From NCBI GenBank assembly GCA_044229845.1, contig JBGASG010000012.1, forward strand, positions 11,648-75,647: a stretch of 64,000 nt of DNA, written 5' to 3'. The DNA comes from Candidatus Obscuribacteraceae bacterium (GTDB lineage Bacteria; Cyanobacteriota; Vampirovibrionia; Obscuribacterales; Obscuribacteraceae). Made by a program: the position numbers and the translations under genes. Below, piece by piece: positions 17,687 through 27,229 of this stretch (position 1 is its first letter; the number at the start of each line of letters is the position of its first letter). The notes under the pieces were generated by a model. It had not been told where the DNA came from, made no database searches, and saw only the letters and a program-made list of their open reading frames with translations.

Positions 17687-18493
17687 TTAGCGCGATTTCG
17701 CAGCGGGTTTCTTCGCGGCGGTTTTGTTCGCAGCGGGTTTCTTCGCGGCCGGCTTCTTCGCGGCCGGCTTCTTCGCGGCTGGTTTCTTCGCAGCTGGTTT
17801 CTTCGCAGCTGGTTTCTTCGCAGCTGGTTTCTTCGCAGCTGGTTTCTTCGCAGCTGGTTTCTTCGCAGCTGGTTTCTTCGCAGCTGGTTTCTTCGCAGCT
17901 GGTTTCTTCGCGGCTGGTTTCTTCGCCACCGGCTTGGGGGCTGGCTTTGGCTGCGGCTTCTTCACCACGGCGGGCACAGATTTGACGGCCGGGATTGTCG
18001 CTGCCCCGACAGCAGCAGCGCTACCGTCGACACCGTCAGTAGTGGCAGGTGCAGGTGGCGGTGGCGGTTTTGGTGTTCCCTTCACCATGGTTTGCGAGAG
18101 CCGGCGGTTGAACTCGTTGAACCGCTGTTCCATGTCGTCGAGGTCTTCTTTCGGATAGCCCTTCTCCGAAACCTGGTTTTCCAAATAAGTGAGCGCCACT
18201 ACTTGATTCCTGAACATCTCGGATTCTTCGCCGGTCAACCAGCCTTTGGCAATTGCACTCTCTATCTGCGAACGGAAGTTGTTCAGGCGCTCTTTATATC
18301 TCGCCGCAATCAACGCCGTCTTGTTGCCGCTCAAGCTCTTGAAATATGCGGCGGCTGAGCCGCTAGAAGTATTTGCACCGGCGGTGGAATCCGTGACGGC
18401 GGACACGTCGGCGGAGGCTTCCTCGTCGGCAAAACAAGGCGCCTGCGCTAATAGACACAGCACCGCCAGCCACGCGCCCACGCCCCTTCTCAT
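17687..18493 (-). CDS. secreted protein with C-terminal (KKPAA)n repeat
   Basis: Signal peptide MRRGVGAWLAVLCLLAQAPCFA, then a ~120-aa helical domain, a Pro-rich linker and about 15 tandem KKPAA pentapeptides. Confidence 0.75.
   Translation of the reverse strand: MRRGVGAWLAVLCLLAQAPCFADEEASADVSAVTDSTAGANTSSGSAAAYFKSLSGNKTALIAARYKERLNNFRSQIESAIAKGWLTGEESEMFRNQVVALTYLENQVSEKGYPKEDLDDMEQRFNEFNRRLSQTMVKGTPKPPPPPAPATTDGVDGSAAAVGAATIPAVKSVPAVVKKPQPKPAPKPVAKKPAAKKPAAKKPAAKKPAAKKPAAKKPAAKKPAAKKPAAKKPAAKKPAAKKPAAKKPAAKKPAANKTAAKKPAAKSR
17697..17926. repeat. 15-nt tandem repeat (about 15 units, 8 identical) encoding KKPAA
   Basis: The unit CAGCTGGTTTCTTCG is repeated perfectly from 17791 to 17910, with degenerate copies on both sides. 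It lies inside CDS 17687..18493. Confidence 0.9.
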
Positions 18494-18590
18494 CTTCCCC
18501 TCCGCAGGTTAGACATTCACGTACAAAGTTGGTACTTTCCTTCTGTCGATCCTAGCAGGGTTGCAGTCTCTAGTCCGTGTTCGCAACATC

Positions 18591-19757
18591 ATGCACGTAA
18601 CTCAACTTCGCGTCAGCGGGTACCGATCAATTAAAGACGTCTGGCTCAAGCTCAAGCGAGTCAACGTCATTGTCGGCCCGAACGGCTGCGGCAAGAGCAA
18701 TCTCTATCGCTCGATGTATTTGCTGTGGACCGCCGCTACCGGTCAGCTCGCCCGCGCCCTCGCCGAGGAAGGCGGCATGCCGTCAGTCTGCTGGGCGGGC
18801 GCTCGCAAAAAGGGACCGGTGCGGGTCAAGTTCGCAGTCCGCTTTGATTCCCTGCACTACGAACTGGTTTGCGGCTTGCCACGCGCTGCCAGCAAAGACC
18901 GCGAGACGCCAAGTGCGTTCAATCTAGATCCGGAAGTGAAGAGCGAAGTGGTTTCGTACCGCCAGAACGGCCGCGAGACGAAGCTGCTGACGCGCGATGC
19001 CGGCACCGTTTCGGCGCGCGATGCCAGCGGCAAGCCGCTCGTTTTTCCGATGATCGCGGACAAAAATGAATCTGTGCTTTCTGAACTGCGCGAGCCACAT
19101 CGATTTCCTGAATTATCGATGCTCAGGCAAAACATCTTGCGCTGGCGCTTCTATCATCATTTTCGAACCGACGCGGCTGCGCCGGTTCGCCAACCACAAG
19201 TGGCAGTGCGCACGCCAGTGCTCAGTCACGATGGCAGCGATCTGGCGGCGGCATTGGAGACCATCGAAGAAATCGGTGATGGGCAGGCGCTGCACAACTT
19301 GCTGGAGGCGGCATTTCCCGGCAGTCGCATGTCAGTGCAGCGTGACGGCGGGAGGCTGGCGGTGTCCATGGAGATGCCCGAGTTTCATCGACCTTTTTTA
19401 GCACACGAACTGTCTGACGGCACTCTGCAGTATATCTGCCTGGTGGCAGCGCTACTCAGCCCGCGGCCGCCGCTCCTGCTGGCGTTGAATGAACCGGAAA
19501 ACAGCATTCACCCCAACCTCTATGAACCGCTCGCGATGTTGATTGCCAAAGCTTCGGAAGAATCGCAGTTGTGGATCACAACCCACTCGCAAGAGTTGGC
19601 GGACCACATCCTGGAATACACCGGTGTCTCGCAGATCGAACTGGAAAAGGTCGAAGGAGAAACGCGCATAGTCGGGCAAAAGCTGGGGGACGAGGAAGAA
19701 ACCGAAGATAGCGACGACGATCAGGAAGCCGAAGCGGAGGCGCATGCCGCGCGATGA
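18591..19757 (+). CDS. stand-alone ABC/SMC-like AAA ATPase (AAA_21 / COG4637-like)
   Basis: ATG at 18591 (the track ORF starts at TTG 18561). MHVTQLRVSGYRSIKD...IVGPNGCGKSNLY carries Walker A. LSDGTLQYICL is signature-like, LLLALNEPENSIHP is Walker B, and ITTHS follows. The tail is acidic. Confidence 0.75.
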   Translation: MHVTQLRVSGYRSIKDVWLKLKRVNVIVGPNGCGKSNLYRSMYLLWTAATGQLARALAEEGGMPSVCWAGARKKGPVRVKFAVRFDSLHYELVCGLPRAASKDRETPSAFNLDPEVKSEVVSYRQNGRETKLLTRDAGTVSARDASGKPLVFPMIADKNESVLSELREPHRFPELSMLRQNILRWRFYHHFRTDAAAPVRQPQVAVRTPVLSHDGSDLAAALETIEEIGDGQALHNLLEAAFPGSRMSVQRDGGRLAVSMEMPEFHRPFLAHELSDGTLQYICLVAALLSPRPPLLLALNEPENSIHPNLYEPLAMLIAKASEESQLWITTHSQELADHILEYTGVSQIELEKVEGETRIVGQKLGDEEETEDSDDDQEAEAEAHAAR

Positions 19758-21127
19758 GTGAGCGTTCTGAAGCACCACTGCAACTGAAACACCTCTGGCA
19801 GGCAGCAGTCATCGGTATCGCCGCCGGCGGCAGCGCTCTGGCCTTCGAACACTCGGTCGATTTGCTGGGAACACTGCGCGTCGAGGCGGCCGCCCATTAT
19901 CCCGCCTATATACTGTTGCCAGCGTTCGGGCTGATCGGTGGACTGATCTCCGGTGCCATCGTCCAGTTTTGCGCGCCGGAGATCTCCGGCAGCGGCATCC
20001 CTCAGGTGAAAGCGGCTCTCGAGGGGCTGAAGATGCCTCTGACAATCCGTATCGCGCTCTGGAAACTGGTAGCAGGAGTAGTGGCACTCGGTTCCGGCTT
20101 GTTTATGGGTCGCGAAGGCCCGACCGTGCACATAGGCGCCGTAATCGGCGCGCAGCTCGGCAAAAAGTCCCAACACGACCGTCACCTGGCAGCGGCCGGC
20201 GCCGCGGCCGGATTGGCGGCCGCGTTCAACGCGCCACTGGCTGGCGTCTTGTTCGTGATCGAAGAACTGTTCAGAAACCTGTCCGTCGGCGCGATTACCA
20301 CGGCTGCCTTCGCGTGCTTTCTGGCATCAGTCGTCACCAATATGTTGCACTCACCACATACGGTGACAAAGCTTTGGGTAGAACACACACCTGTGACCGT
20401 GGACGATCTGCTCTTCTGGCCTTTGATAGGCATTGTCGGCGGCGTACTGGGTGCGGGTTTCAATGCTTCCGTCATGGCTGCTTTACGCATAAACAAGGCT
20501 ATGAAAATCCCCACCACATTGAAAGTCGGACTCGCCGGTTTGCTCTCCGGGATAGTTGTGGCGCTGTTGCCCCACAACGCCATCGACTATGCACACCTGC
20601 GTGAATTGGTCATCGCCGGCTCAACTCCGGCACCGCTGCTGGCGATGATGTCGGTCGCGTTTCTGTTTCTCACTGCCTCGGCTTACGGCTCCGGCGCGCC
20701 GGGTGGATTATTTGCGCCCGCGCTTACCATCGGATCATTCGGCGGCGCTGCGGTCGCCTGGCTGCAAAGCATGACCACCGGCGCCGACTCGATGCAGGCA
20801 TTCGCGGTGCTCGGCATGGGCGCAGTCTTCGCCGGCGTCGCCCGTGTCCCACTCACCGCCATCGTCATCATTTGCGAGATGACCGCGCAATTCGAATTGA
20901 TGCTGCCTCTGATGATCACGTGTATCATCGCCACACTGGTCGCCGAAAAACTGTATCCCCGCTCCATCTACGATCGCCTCGTCGACTGGGGAGGCTACAC
21001 AAAGGAAGAGACTTCTAAAGCTCAGGAAGAAACTTCGACAGCTGCGGAAGAGACCCAGGCAGAGCCAACAGAAACGCCCGATGCAGAGCCAGTTACCTCC
21101 CCACTGCCCGCGGAAGAAAAGTCGTGA
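19754..21127 (+). CDS. ClC family chloride channel / H+-Cl- antiporter
   Basis: Contains GSGIPQV, GREGPTVH and GGLFAP selectivity-filter motifs and about 10 TM segments. The C-terminal tail is acidic with no CBS domains. The start overlaps the previous stop (ATGA). Confidence 0.9.
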   Translation: MSERSEAPLQLKHLWQAAVIGIAAGGSALAFEHSVDLLGTLRVEAAAHYPAYILLPAFGLIGGLISGAIVQFCAPEISGSGIPQVKAALEGLKMPLTIRIALWKLVAGVVALGSGLFMGREGPTVHIGAVIGAQLGKKSQHDRHLAAAGAAAGLAAAFNAPLAGVLFVIEELFRNLSVGAITTAAFACFLASVVTNMLHSPHTVTKLWVEHTPVTVDDLLFWPLIGIVGGVLGAGFNASVMAALRINKAMKIPTTLKVGLAGLLSGIVVALLPHNAIDYAHLRELVIAGSTPAPLLAMMSVAFLFLTASAYGSGAPGGLFAPALTIGSFGGAAVAWLQSMTTGADSMQAFAVLGMGAVFAGVARVPLTAIVIICEMTAQFELMLPLMITCIIATLVAEKLYPRSIYDRLVDWGGYTKEETSKAQEETSTAAEETQAEPTETPDAEPVTSPLPAEEKS

Positions 21128-21618
21128 AACCTATAAAACTATCGCGTCAGGCATACGAACGCTATGGCACCGTAATTGGTGCCGATGAAACCTTGCCGTT
21201 CAAGCCGGCGAATATGGGTACTGCAAAGCGTTTCAACTATCTCGCCGACATCCAGAATCGACGCCCGGACGCACGTCTCAACATGTGTGTGTTTCGTTGC
21301 AGCGCCGCTCAATTGCCCCTCGAAATCAGATTGCTGGAGAAACATGAACACTCCACGCAGATTTTCCTGCCCATGAATGCCACCGCCAAATATCTGGCCA
21401 TCGTTTGCCTGGGCGGCGACGCGCCAGATCTGGAGACGCTCTCGGCGTTTCTCGTCGAAGGCCCGCAAGGCATAAGTTATTACCCGGGAGTGTGGCACTA
21501 CCCGATGACGGCGCTTAGCGAACCAATCGACTTCGCCTGCCTGGTCGCCGAGAACGACTCCGTCGACGACTGCACCATTCACACTTTCGAGCACCCGCTC
21601 ACTATCGAGACGGAGTGA
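21124..21618 (+). CDS. allA: ureidoglycolate lyase
   Basis: 164 aa, colinear with E. coli AllA as remembered (YGTVI, LEKHEHSTQIFLPM, DLETLSAFLVEGPQGISYYPGVWHYPM). The GTG start overlaps the ClC stop (GTGA). Confidence 0.8.
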   Translation: MKPIKLSRQAYERYGTVIGADETLPFKPANMGTAKRFNYLADIQNRRPDARLNMCVFRCSAAQLPLEIRLLEKHEHSTQIFLPMNATAKYLAIVCLGGDAPDLETLSAFLVEGPQGISYYPGVWHYPMTALSEPIDFACLVAENDSVDDCTIHTFEHPLTIETE

Positions 21619-21628
21619 GATGGGATGC

Positions 21629-24600
21629 TCAGGCGAATTTCGGGTTGAGGACCGGAGTCTGGCTTTCGTCGGCTACGGTGGCGACAGCCGTCGGGTCCTT
21701 CGGTCCACGCAGTTGCGCCTTGGCCTTCAGCTTCGCCAGCACGGGCAATGCAATTAGCGGTCCCACAGGATTGTCGGGAGCACCTGTATCAACATTGACG
21801 ACAACAGCTGCCAATGCTGGTTGCAAGCCCCCTTGTAGCGCCGGCTGCATGGCGGGTATAACTGCAGTCGTTGCAGGCGCCGCCGCCACTCCCATCACAC
21901 TTGCCAATGCGGTCTGCATCAACTCATTCTGCACTGCGGATTCAGTCACTACAGTCACCAGGTTTTCGATATCAAATTCGATCTTCCGTTCATGGAAGTC
22001 GACGATGTCCTGCCAGACTGGCAATTCAATCTTCTGGCGCACTCGCAGTTCGACAATTCGTTTGCCGCCTTCATAGATTTCATTCGTGAAGGGCGCGTTG
22101 AGGTCGGCAATCAGCCAACCCAATTTGGCATCGCGAAACAGGTGTTCGGCCAGCGCAGCCAAGTCTTCGTTTGCACGCACCAGCCACGTCGGGCGCACGA
22201 GAGCGCGATAGCGACCTATTTGTTTCGCCTGCTGGGCAGTGGTGCGCGCCAGTTCTTGCGCCTTTGTCGCAGGCACATCGGCAGCGACTTCGGGAGTATT
22301 GCCTTTCTGTCCGCGCGCCCTGGCAATGCCGGCACTGATGAACAGGGCAGCCAGAGCCAGCTCCGGACCGATGAGCAGAAGGTCTTTCTTCTTGCCGCGC
22401 AGCGCTCTGGCATTCGCAAAATACAGTGTCCCTGTTAGAGGACCGATTTCTCCTGCCGCGCCACGCACCGGGAAGCGACGTGCAATCGGCACGACCAAGC
22501 CGTTGTCCAGCCTGATTTGCCCGACGCCGCCGGGTCCGACCAATGGCAACTGCGCACGCGTCACCGATTGAGCCAGTGGTCGGTCGGATGCAGCTGCTAC
22601 ATATCGGCCGTTGAACGAACTGCCGTCCCAACGATGTCCGACGGCTTCGAAGAACTTGGTGCCGCCACCGAAGTGACTGAGGTGGACGTTGGCAGAGCCA
22701 GTGACGTTGGCACCGGCAGAACGGATATCTGATACTTTCAACGCGCCGAAAGCGGCATTAGCGATGGTGATTGACGAGCGCGCGGCATCCGATGCGCTCA
22801 ATGCGCCACTGAGCGTGCGCCTGAAGGAAGGATCTTGAAGAATGTCGGCAACGTTGAGAACAGCTCCTGCCATCCGCCGGAAGATTTCTTTCTCGGTTTC
22901 GGTTTGCTCGAAAGCGCGGTATCTGCCGCCCCGAGCACCGGCGATGCCGCCTTCGGCGGCTGCCCAGGTAGCAGCCATCAAAATCGCATGCGTGCGATTG
23001 CTGTCGCGCCAGAGGATGGCGCTGTCGTCCTTGCCCGGCACTATGCGAGCGAACTTCAGCAGTGCATCGGTTCCGGCGGCGCGTTCGTCACCCGCACTCT
23101 TCACGTATTTCTTGACCGCGTTTTCCACCCGGCGAATCTCTTCTTCCGCAGCTCTTGCTGCTTCCACCAGGTTCTGCTTGATGCGTTGCAACTCAGCTGC
23201 CGCTAACGCAGCCTTGTCGCCAGGCTTGAGCGGGTCTGTCCCCGCCGGTGTCTCGCCGGTCCGACGCGCGTCTCCCGGTGTGGCCGATCCGCCTGAACGC
23301 GTGACGGCTGAAGGATCGGGCATCATGAAGCTGCCGGAGAAATCATTGACGCGCCAACCAATCATCTCGCCTGGAGGAAACTTGACGGACGCGACCGACT
23401 CTCCCGGAAGCGCCCCGGCGCTCGGCGCTGCCGGCTTGCCATCGAGGCGCACAGGCTGTCCAGAGGTTGCATGCTCGGTCGTCGAGTCGGCGGTAGCCTT
23501 AACATCGGTCGCGGGAATGGCTGGCTTGAAGCCCAGTTCAGCCGACGTGGCGCGCATTGATGCCAGCGCTGTTTCTTGTTGCGCAATCGGCATTGCCTGC
23601 AATCTGTCCAGCGCCTGTCTGACGTTGCCGTCTTGATTGCTGGCAGACAGCCGAGCCAACCCGGCATTGAGGTTGCCATTGCCGGCGGTGGCGACCATGG
23701 CTACGTCGGTTTCATTCAACTTGCCGTCCGGCGGTGCAATAGCCGCCTTCAAAACGCGAGCGCCGTCAACAAAGGTGCCGTTCTGCCCGCTGTTGATCAC
23801 CGCCTGGGCGCCCACTCTGCCGTCGCCGCCTCCGGCTGCCACGACCACGCGGCCAAGCTGCTCTACGTTGCCGCCTGTGGTGGCACGCGCCGCACGCTGA
23901 ACTTGATCGATACCATTGACGAGATTGTCCTGTCCCTGGTTGTTGCGACCGATGACATCGCGCACGACGGCGGCGCCTTCGTTGAATTGCTGCGTGGCGC
24001 TGAAGCTTTGCGTGGCGCGCACACCGGCATCGTACGAATCACGCTTGTCGGACATGCCCGCGACATAGCCCGCGCCGGTCAGGAAATTCTGTGTGCGCCC
24101 TTCAGGCACGAAACTCGCCGTATTGGTGATGCCGTCTTCGATGGTGCGATACTGCGGCGGTCCGTTGCCGGCGTTTTGCACCGAGAGCAGCGACCTCTCG
24201 ACCGACCGCGGATAGCCGCTGGGTCCGATTGTGTACTCCCCGTATGGACCTTCATGCGTCTGCAGAAGAATTGCCGGCGCATCGCTGGCCAGTCCTGGCT
24301 TCTTCCCATCCGGACTGGCAATGCGTTCGAGATTAGTGGTGGCACGGTCGGTGAAATTGTATGTTCCGGGCGGCAACACCCCATCGCGCACCATGGCCTC
24401 GATGGCGGCGCGGTCGCCCGCGACATCGATGACACGTTGCATATTGCGCGCATCCGTGGTTTTCTGACCGGACGCATCTATCGAAGCCGTCAGTTCAAGA
24501 GAGGTCTGCACGCCCACTTCCAGGGGCTCGGCGCCATTGTTGTTTCTTCCCAGCCGCTCGATGGCAGCATTAGCGCGCCGCATGTCGTAAGAGCTGGTGA

Positions 24601-27112
24601 CGTTGCCTTGCGCATCTATTGAATAGACCCGTCCCATGTAAGTCCAGTTGTCGAAGCCGAGACTGGAGTCGCGCACCACTTTGCCCGAGGCATCCGTGTA
24701 TTCGCCTAAATGAGTAGCGCGATCTTCCCCGACGGCGGCACTGTAGACCACTTCGCCTTTGTCATTCTTGGTGCGACCGAGTTCAGTGACAAACGTCTGT
24801 CCGGCCCAGCCATTGCCCTGCCCAGCCTTGTCGGCTACGTTGTGAGCACCAATCACCGGGTCGTAAGTGCCGTCCGGCTGAATGCCGGCTTGCGCGACAG
24901 TGTCCAGAACCTGACCGATGTTCTTGCGTGCTTCTGCGAGTTGTTCGGGGGTGAGCTTTCCGGCTTCGTCTGTGGCTTTCAGCTCATCGGCAGACTGCAC
25001 CAGCCCGCCGCGCAACATACATTCGCTACCGGTGCAGGCGCTGGGCGGCTCCCCGGGCTTAGAACCATAGACCAGGGCTGTCTCGATGAAACGCCCAAAA
25101 CTGCCGGCACCCGCTGATTGTATGTTGTCTATAGCTTCTTCGAGGGTTTCCCCCCACTTCTTCGTTTCAACGGCGCCGCGATCGACGTCGTTGTCGCCCA
25201 ACGCTTCGTAGAAATCGATGCCATCAGCGCCGCAACCAAAGCCTATTCGGCAGGTGTTTCGCAGAAAGTCGCGTTTGTTGCCGCCGGCCAGCAGTTCGGC
25301 CAGTTCGTGCGCGTGGTCGGCATCGCCTTTTTTATAACGCTCTGCAGCATCGCCCATGTCAGAGGCCAGCGCTTTTTCCAACTCTTTGGTGGCGCCCTTC
25401 CAGTCGCCCAAGAAACTGAGTGCAGCCGCGCTCACCCACGCTTTCGTGCCCTCGTCCATGCGCTTTTTCGCATCACCGCGCCCGCCGCGAATGAAGTCGG
25501 CAATGCCTCGAGCCAGATCACCACCACCGAAGTCTTTGAATTCTTCGGCACCAGATACGGCACTGTTACCGAGTCCGTATTCACCCAGGTTTTTGACGGC
25601 GTGTTCGAACTTGGCAGCGATATCGATGGTTTTCTTGCCGCCTAATTTGCTGATGGTGTGGAAGCCTTCCAGCAGGTCACCATGGCCCGCATCGGCTAAA
25701 AGAGCCACAGCTCGGTCGACGGAGCCGTCACCGAGTCGTTTCACCACATCGCCGCTAATCTTCTTGGGTTTTGAGGCTCTTCGTTCGCCATCGACATATT
25801 TGGCGGTCTCGATCGTCAGAGCGCCTTTGTCGACTGTTAAGACTATCTCGCCATTCTTCTTGTCGCCGTTGATAAAGGACTCGCGAGTGGTTTTGGACTC
25901 GCCACCCATTTTTACGTCGCTGGTGGTTTTCTCAAGCAGCTTGCCCTTCGAATCCCGCTTGAAATGAACGTCGTGAGATGTACCGGCAACGAAGTCCGCA
26001 TCATGCGTGCGCACCAGGTTTTTCTTTTCGGCATCGCTGTATGTTTGCGTATGAGAGGCAATCAGTTTGCCGGTCGCAGGGTCGTACTGGTTCTGAACGT
26101 CCTTGTATTCAGGCTTTCCTTTCAGTCCATCTTGGCGCATGATGCTCTGGGTGGCGACTTGTTTCTTGCCGTTCACCTCTATGTAGGTGTAGTTGAGCCG
26201 CTCTTCATGCAGTGTCTCGCCTTTGGCATTCTTCCTCAGATTGTGGACGCTGGCGCGATCTGAGCTGTCGCCGTCATACGCAATTGTGGTGGTATCAGTG
26301 CCAAGCGGCTTGCCGAGGGCGTCTTTGAGTTCACTGGTGCTGCTGACCAACCGACCCTTCTCGTCATACTTATAGTCGGTGGTCTCTTTCGTCAGCTCTG
26401 CCCGCTTCTTGCAGCGCTCATTGAAAGTAGTGGTTTCAGATTTGGTTATCCGGTCTTTGTCGCCAAAGTGCTCATAACTATTGTGAGTTTCGCTTACACG
26501 CAGACCCTGCGAATCGAAACGACGCTTGAACTTCTCTTGCAGTTGCTGTTTGCCATCGACAATGTTGTAGAGGCGGAGCGTTTCAATCTCTACTTGATCT
26601 GGCTTGCCGTCAGCGTATTCGAGAAACTTCTCGGCAATGATGTTGCCTTTGTCGTCGTACTTCGCATAGTCGGTTTCGGTGCGCACGCCACTTTCATCAA
26701 ACACGTGCGTGCGCTGGGCTTCGAGTTTGCCCTTCGCATCGTACTTGAAGGCATGATCTTCGACCAGGTCACCGGCTGTCGAATAAAGTCGCTGTGCGAC
26801 CTTGACGCCATTGATGTAGATGGTGCGGACTTCGTGCTCGCCTTCATATGTGACCTCTGTGCGATCAGGACCCGTGCCCTGGGGCGGCTCGTCGCCTTCG
26901 AAGAAACCCTTATCGTCGAAACTCGCGGAGGCTGCCTGCGCCTGTGACAGAGTCTCGTGATCGTGGTCGTGATGGCATACGCCGGCTTCGTCGTCATCAT
27001 CCTCATAGGCGGATGCCTGAAGGCTATCCGAACTGCCTTCGCTGACCTCCTCATCTTCGTCGACGGGCGGCTCTTCTTCTAAATGCTCGTGTTTGTTCTT
27101 ATCGTCGACCAC
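21629..27112 (-). CDS. giant (1827 aa) uncharacterised protein: acidic N-terminus, YD-repeat-like segment, long unique middle, C-terminal TM helix and LysM-like module
   Basis: Single uninterrupted ORF with GTG start at 27112. YD-like repeats include FKYDAKGKLEAQ, YAKYDDKGNIIAEK, YKYDEKGRLVSS and YDPATGKLIAS. The TM helix is LLLIGPELALAALFISAGIARA. TWLVRANEDLAALAEHLFRDAKLGWLIADLNAP...RQKIELP resembles LysM. No signal peptide. Confidence 0.8.
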   Translation of the reverse strand: MVDDKNKHEHLEEEPPVDEDEEVSEGSSDSLQASAYEDDDDEAGVCHHDHDHETLSQAQAASASFDDKGFFEGDEPPQGTGPDRTEVTYEGEHEVRTIYINGVKVAQRLYSTAGDLVEDHAFKYDAKGKLEAQRTHVFDESGVRTETDYAKYDDKGNIIAEKFLEYADGKPDQVEIETLRLYNIVDGKQQLQEKFKRRFDSQGLRVSETHNSYEHFGDKDRITKSETTTFNERCKKRAELTKETTDYKYDEKGRLVSSTSELKDALGKPLGTDTTTIAYDGDSSDRASVHNLRKNAKGETLHEERLNYTYIEVNGKKQVATQSIMRQDGLKGKPEYKDVQNQYDPATGKLIASHTQTYSDAEKKNLVRTHDADFVAGTSHDVHFKRDSKGKLLEKTTSDVKMGGESKTTRESFINGDKKNGEIVLTVDKGALTIETAKYVDGERRASKPKKISGDVVKRLGDGSVDRAVALLADAGHGDLLEGFHTISKLGGKKTIDIAAKFEHAVKNLGEYGLGNSAVSGAEEFKDFGGGDLARGIADFIRGGRGDAKKRMDEGTKAWVSAAALSFLGDWKGATKELEKALASDMGDAAERYKKGDADHAHELAELLAGGNKRDFLRNTCRIGFGCGADGIDFYEALGDNDVDRGAVETKKWGETLEEAIDNIQSAGAGSFGRFIETALVYGSKPGEPPSACTGSECMLRGGLVQSADELKATDEAGKLTPEQLAEARKNIGQVLDTVAQAGIQPDGTYDPVIGAHNVADKAGQGNGWAGQTFVTELGRTKNDKGEVVYSAAVGEDRATHLGEYTDASGKVVRDSSLGFDNWTYMGRVYSIDAQGNVTSSYDMRRANAAIERLGRNNNGAEPLEVGVQTSLELTASIDASGQKTTDARNMQRVIDVAGDRAAIEAMVRDGVLPPGTYNFTDRATTNLERIASPDGKKPGLASDAPAILLQTHEGPYGEYTIGPSGYPRSVERSLLSVQNAGNGPPQYRTIEDGITNTASFVPEGRTQNFLTGAGYVAGMSDKRDSYDAGVRATQSFSATQQFNEGAAVVRDVIGRNNQGQDNLVNGIDQVQRAARATTGGNVEQLGRVVVAAGGGDGRVGAQAVINSGQNGTFVDGARVLKAAIAPPDGKLNETDVAMVATAGNGNLNAGLARLSASNQDGNVRQALDRLQAMPIAQQETALASMRATSAELGFKPAIPATDVKATADSTTEHATSGQPVRLDGKPAAPSAGALPGESVASVKFPPGEMIGWRVNDFSGSFMMPDPSAVTRSGGSATPGDARRTGETPAGTDPLKPGDKAALAAAELQRIKQNLVEAARAAEEEIRRVENAVKKYVKSAGDERAAGTDALLKFARIVPGKDDSAILWRDSNRTHAILMAATWAAAEGGIAGARGGRYRAFEQTETEKEIFRRMAGAVLNVADILQDPSFRRTLSGALSASDAARSSITIANAAFGALKVSDIRSAGANVTGSANVHLSHFGGGTKFFEAVGHRWDGSSFNGRYVAAASDRPLAQSVTRAQLPLVGPGGVGQIRLDNGLVVPIARRFPVRGAAGEIGPLTGTLYFANARALRGKKKDLLLIGPELALAALFISAGIARARGQKGNTPEVAADVPATKAQELARTTAQQAKQIGRYRALVRPTWLVRANEDLAALAEHLFRDAKLGWLIADLNAPFTNEIYEGGKRIVELRVRQKIELPVWQDIVDFHERKIEFDIENLVTVVTESAVQNELMQTALASVMGVAAAPATTAVIPAMQPALQGGLQPALAAVVVNVDTGAPDNPVGPLIALPVLAKLKAKAQLRGPKDPTAVATVADESQTPVLNPKFA

Positions 27113-27229
27113 AACCGAAATTACCTGGCCAGGTACAAGGGGTAGAGGAGTTCCCTCGGGTGCGCATTGACACTATTCCTCGATTCCGTGCAAATGTCGT
27201 GAAATCGAAGTGGCAAATTTGTGAAACGC

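Noticed and set aside
17697-17926. Possible CRISPR array (regular short repeats); the same question applies to the 52-bp units at 30568..30723
   Set aside because: The 15-nt units are contiguous with no spacers and lie in frame inside a CDS. The 52-bp units are whole-unit tandem repeats without unique spacers. No cas genes are in the window.
23576-24622. 348-aa plus-strand ORF (plus 22842..23636, 25118..25967 and others)
   Set aside because: All lie inside and antisense to the uninterrupted 5.5-kb giant ORF. The translations are low-information with no start signals.
21629-27112. Classical RHS/YD polymorphic toxin call for the giant protein
   Set aside because: YD-like repeats cover only about 350 aa at the N-terminus. 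No RHS core boundary motif (PxxxxDPxGL) or recognisable C-terminal toxin was seen. I therefore kept it as uncharacterised.
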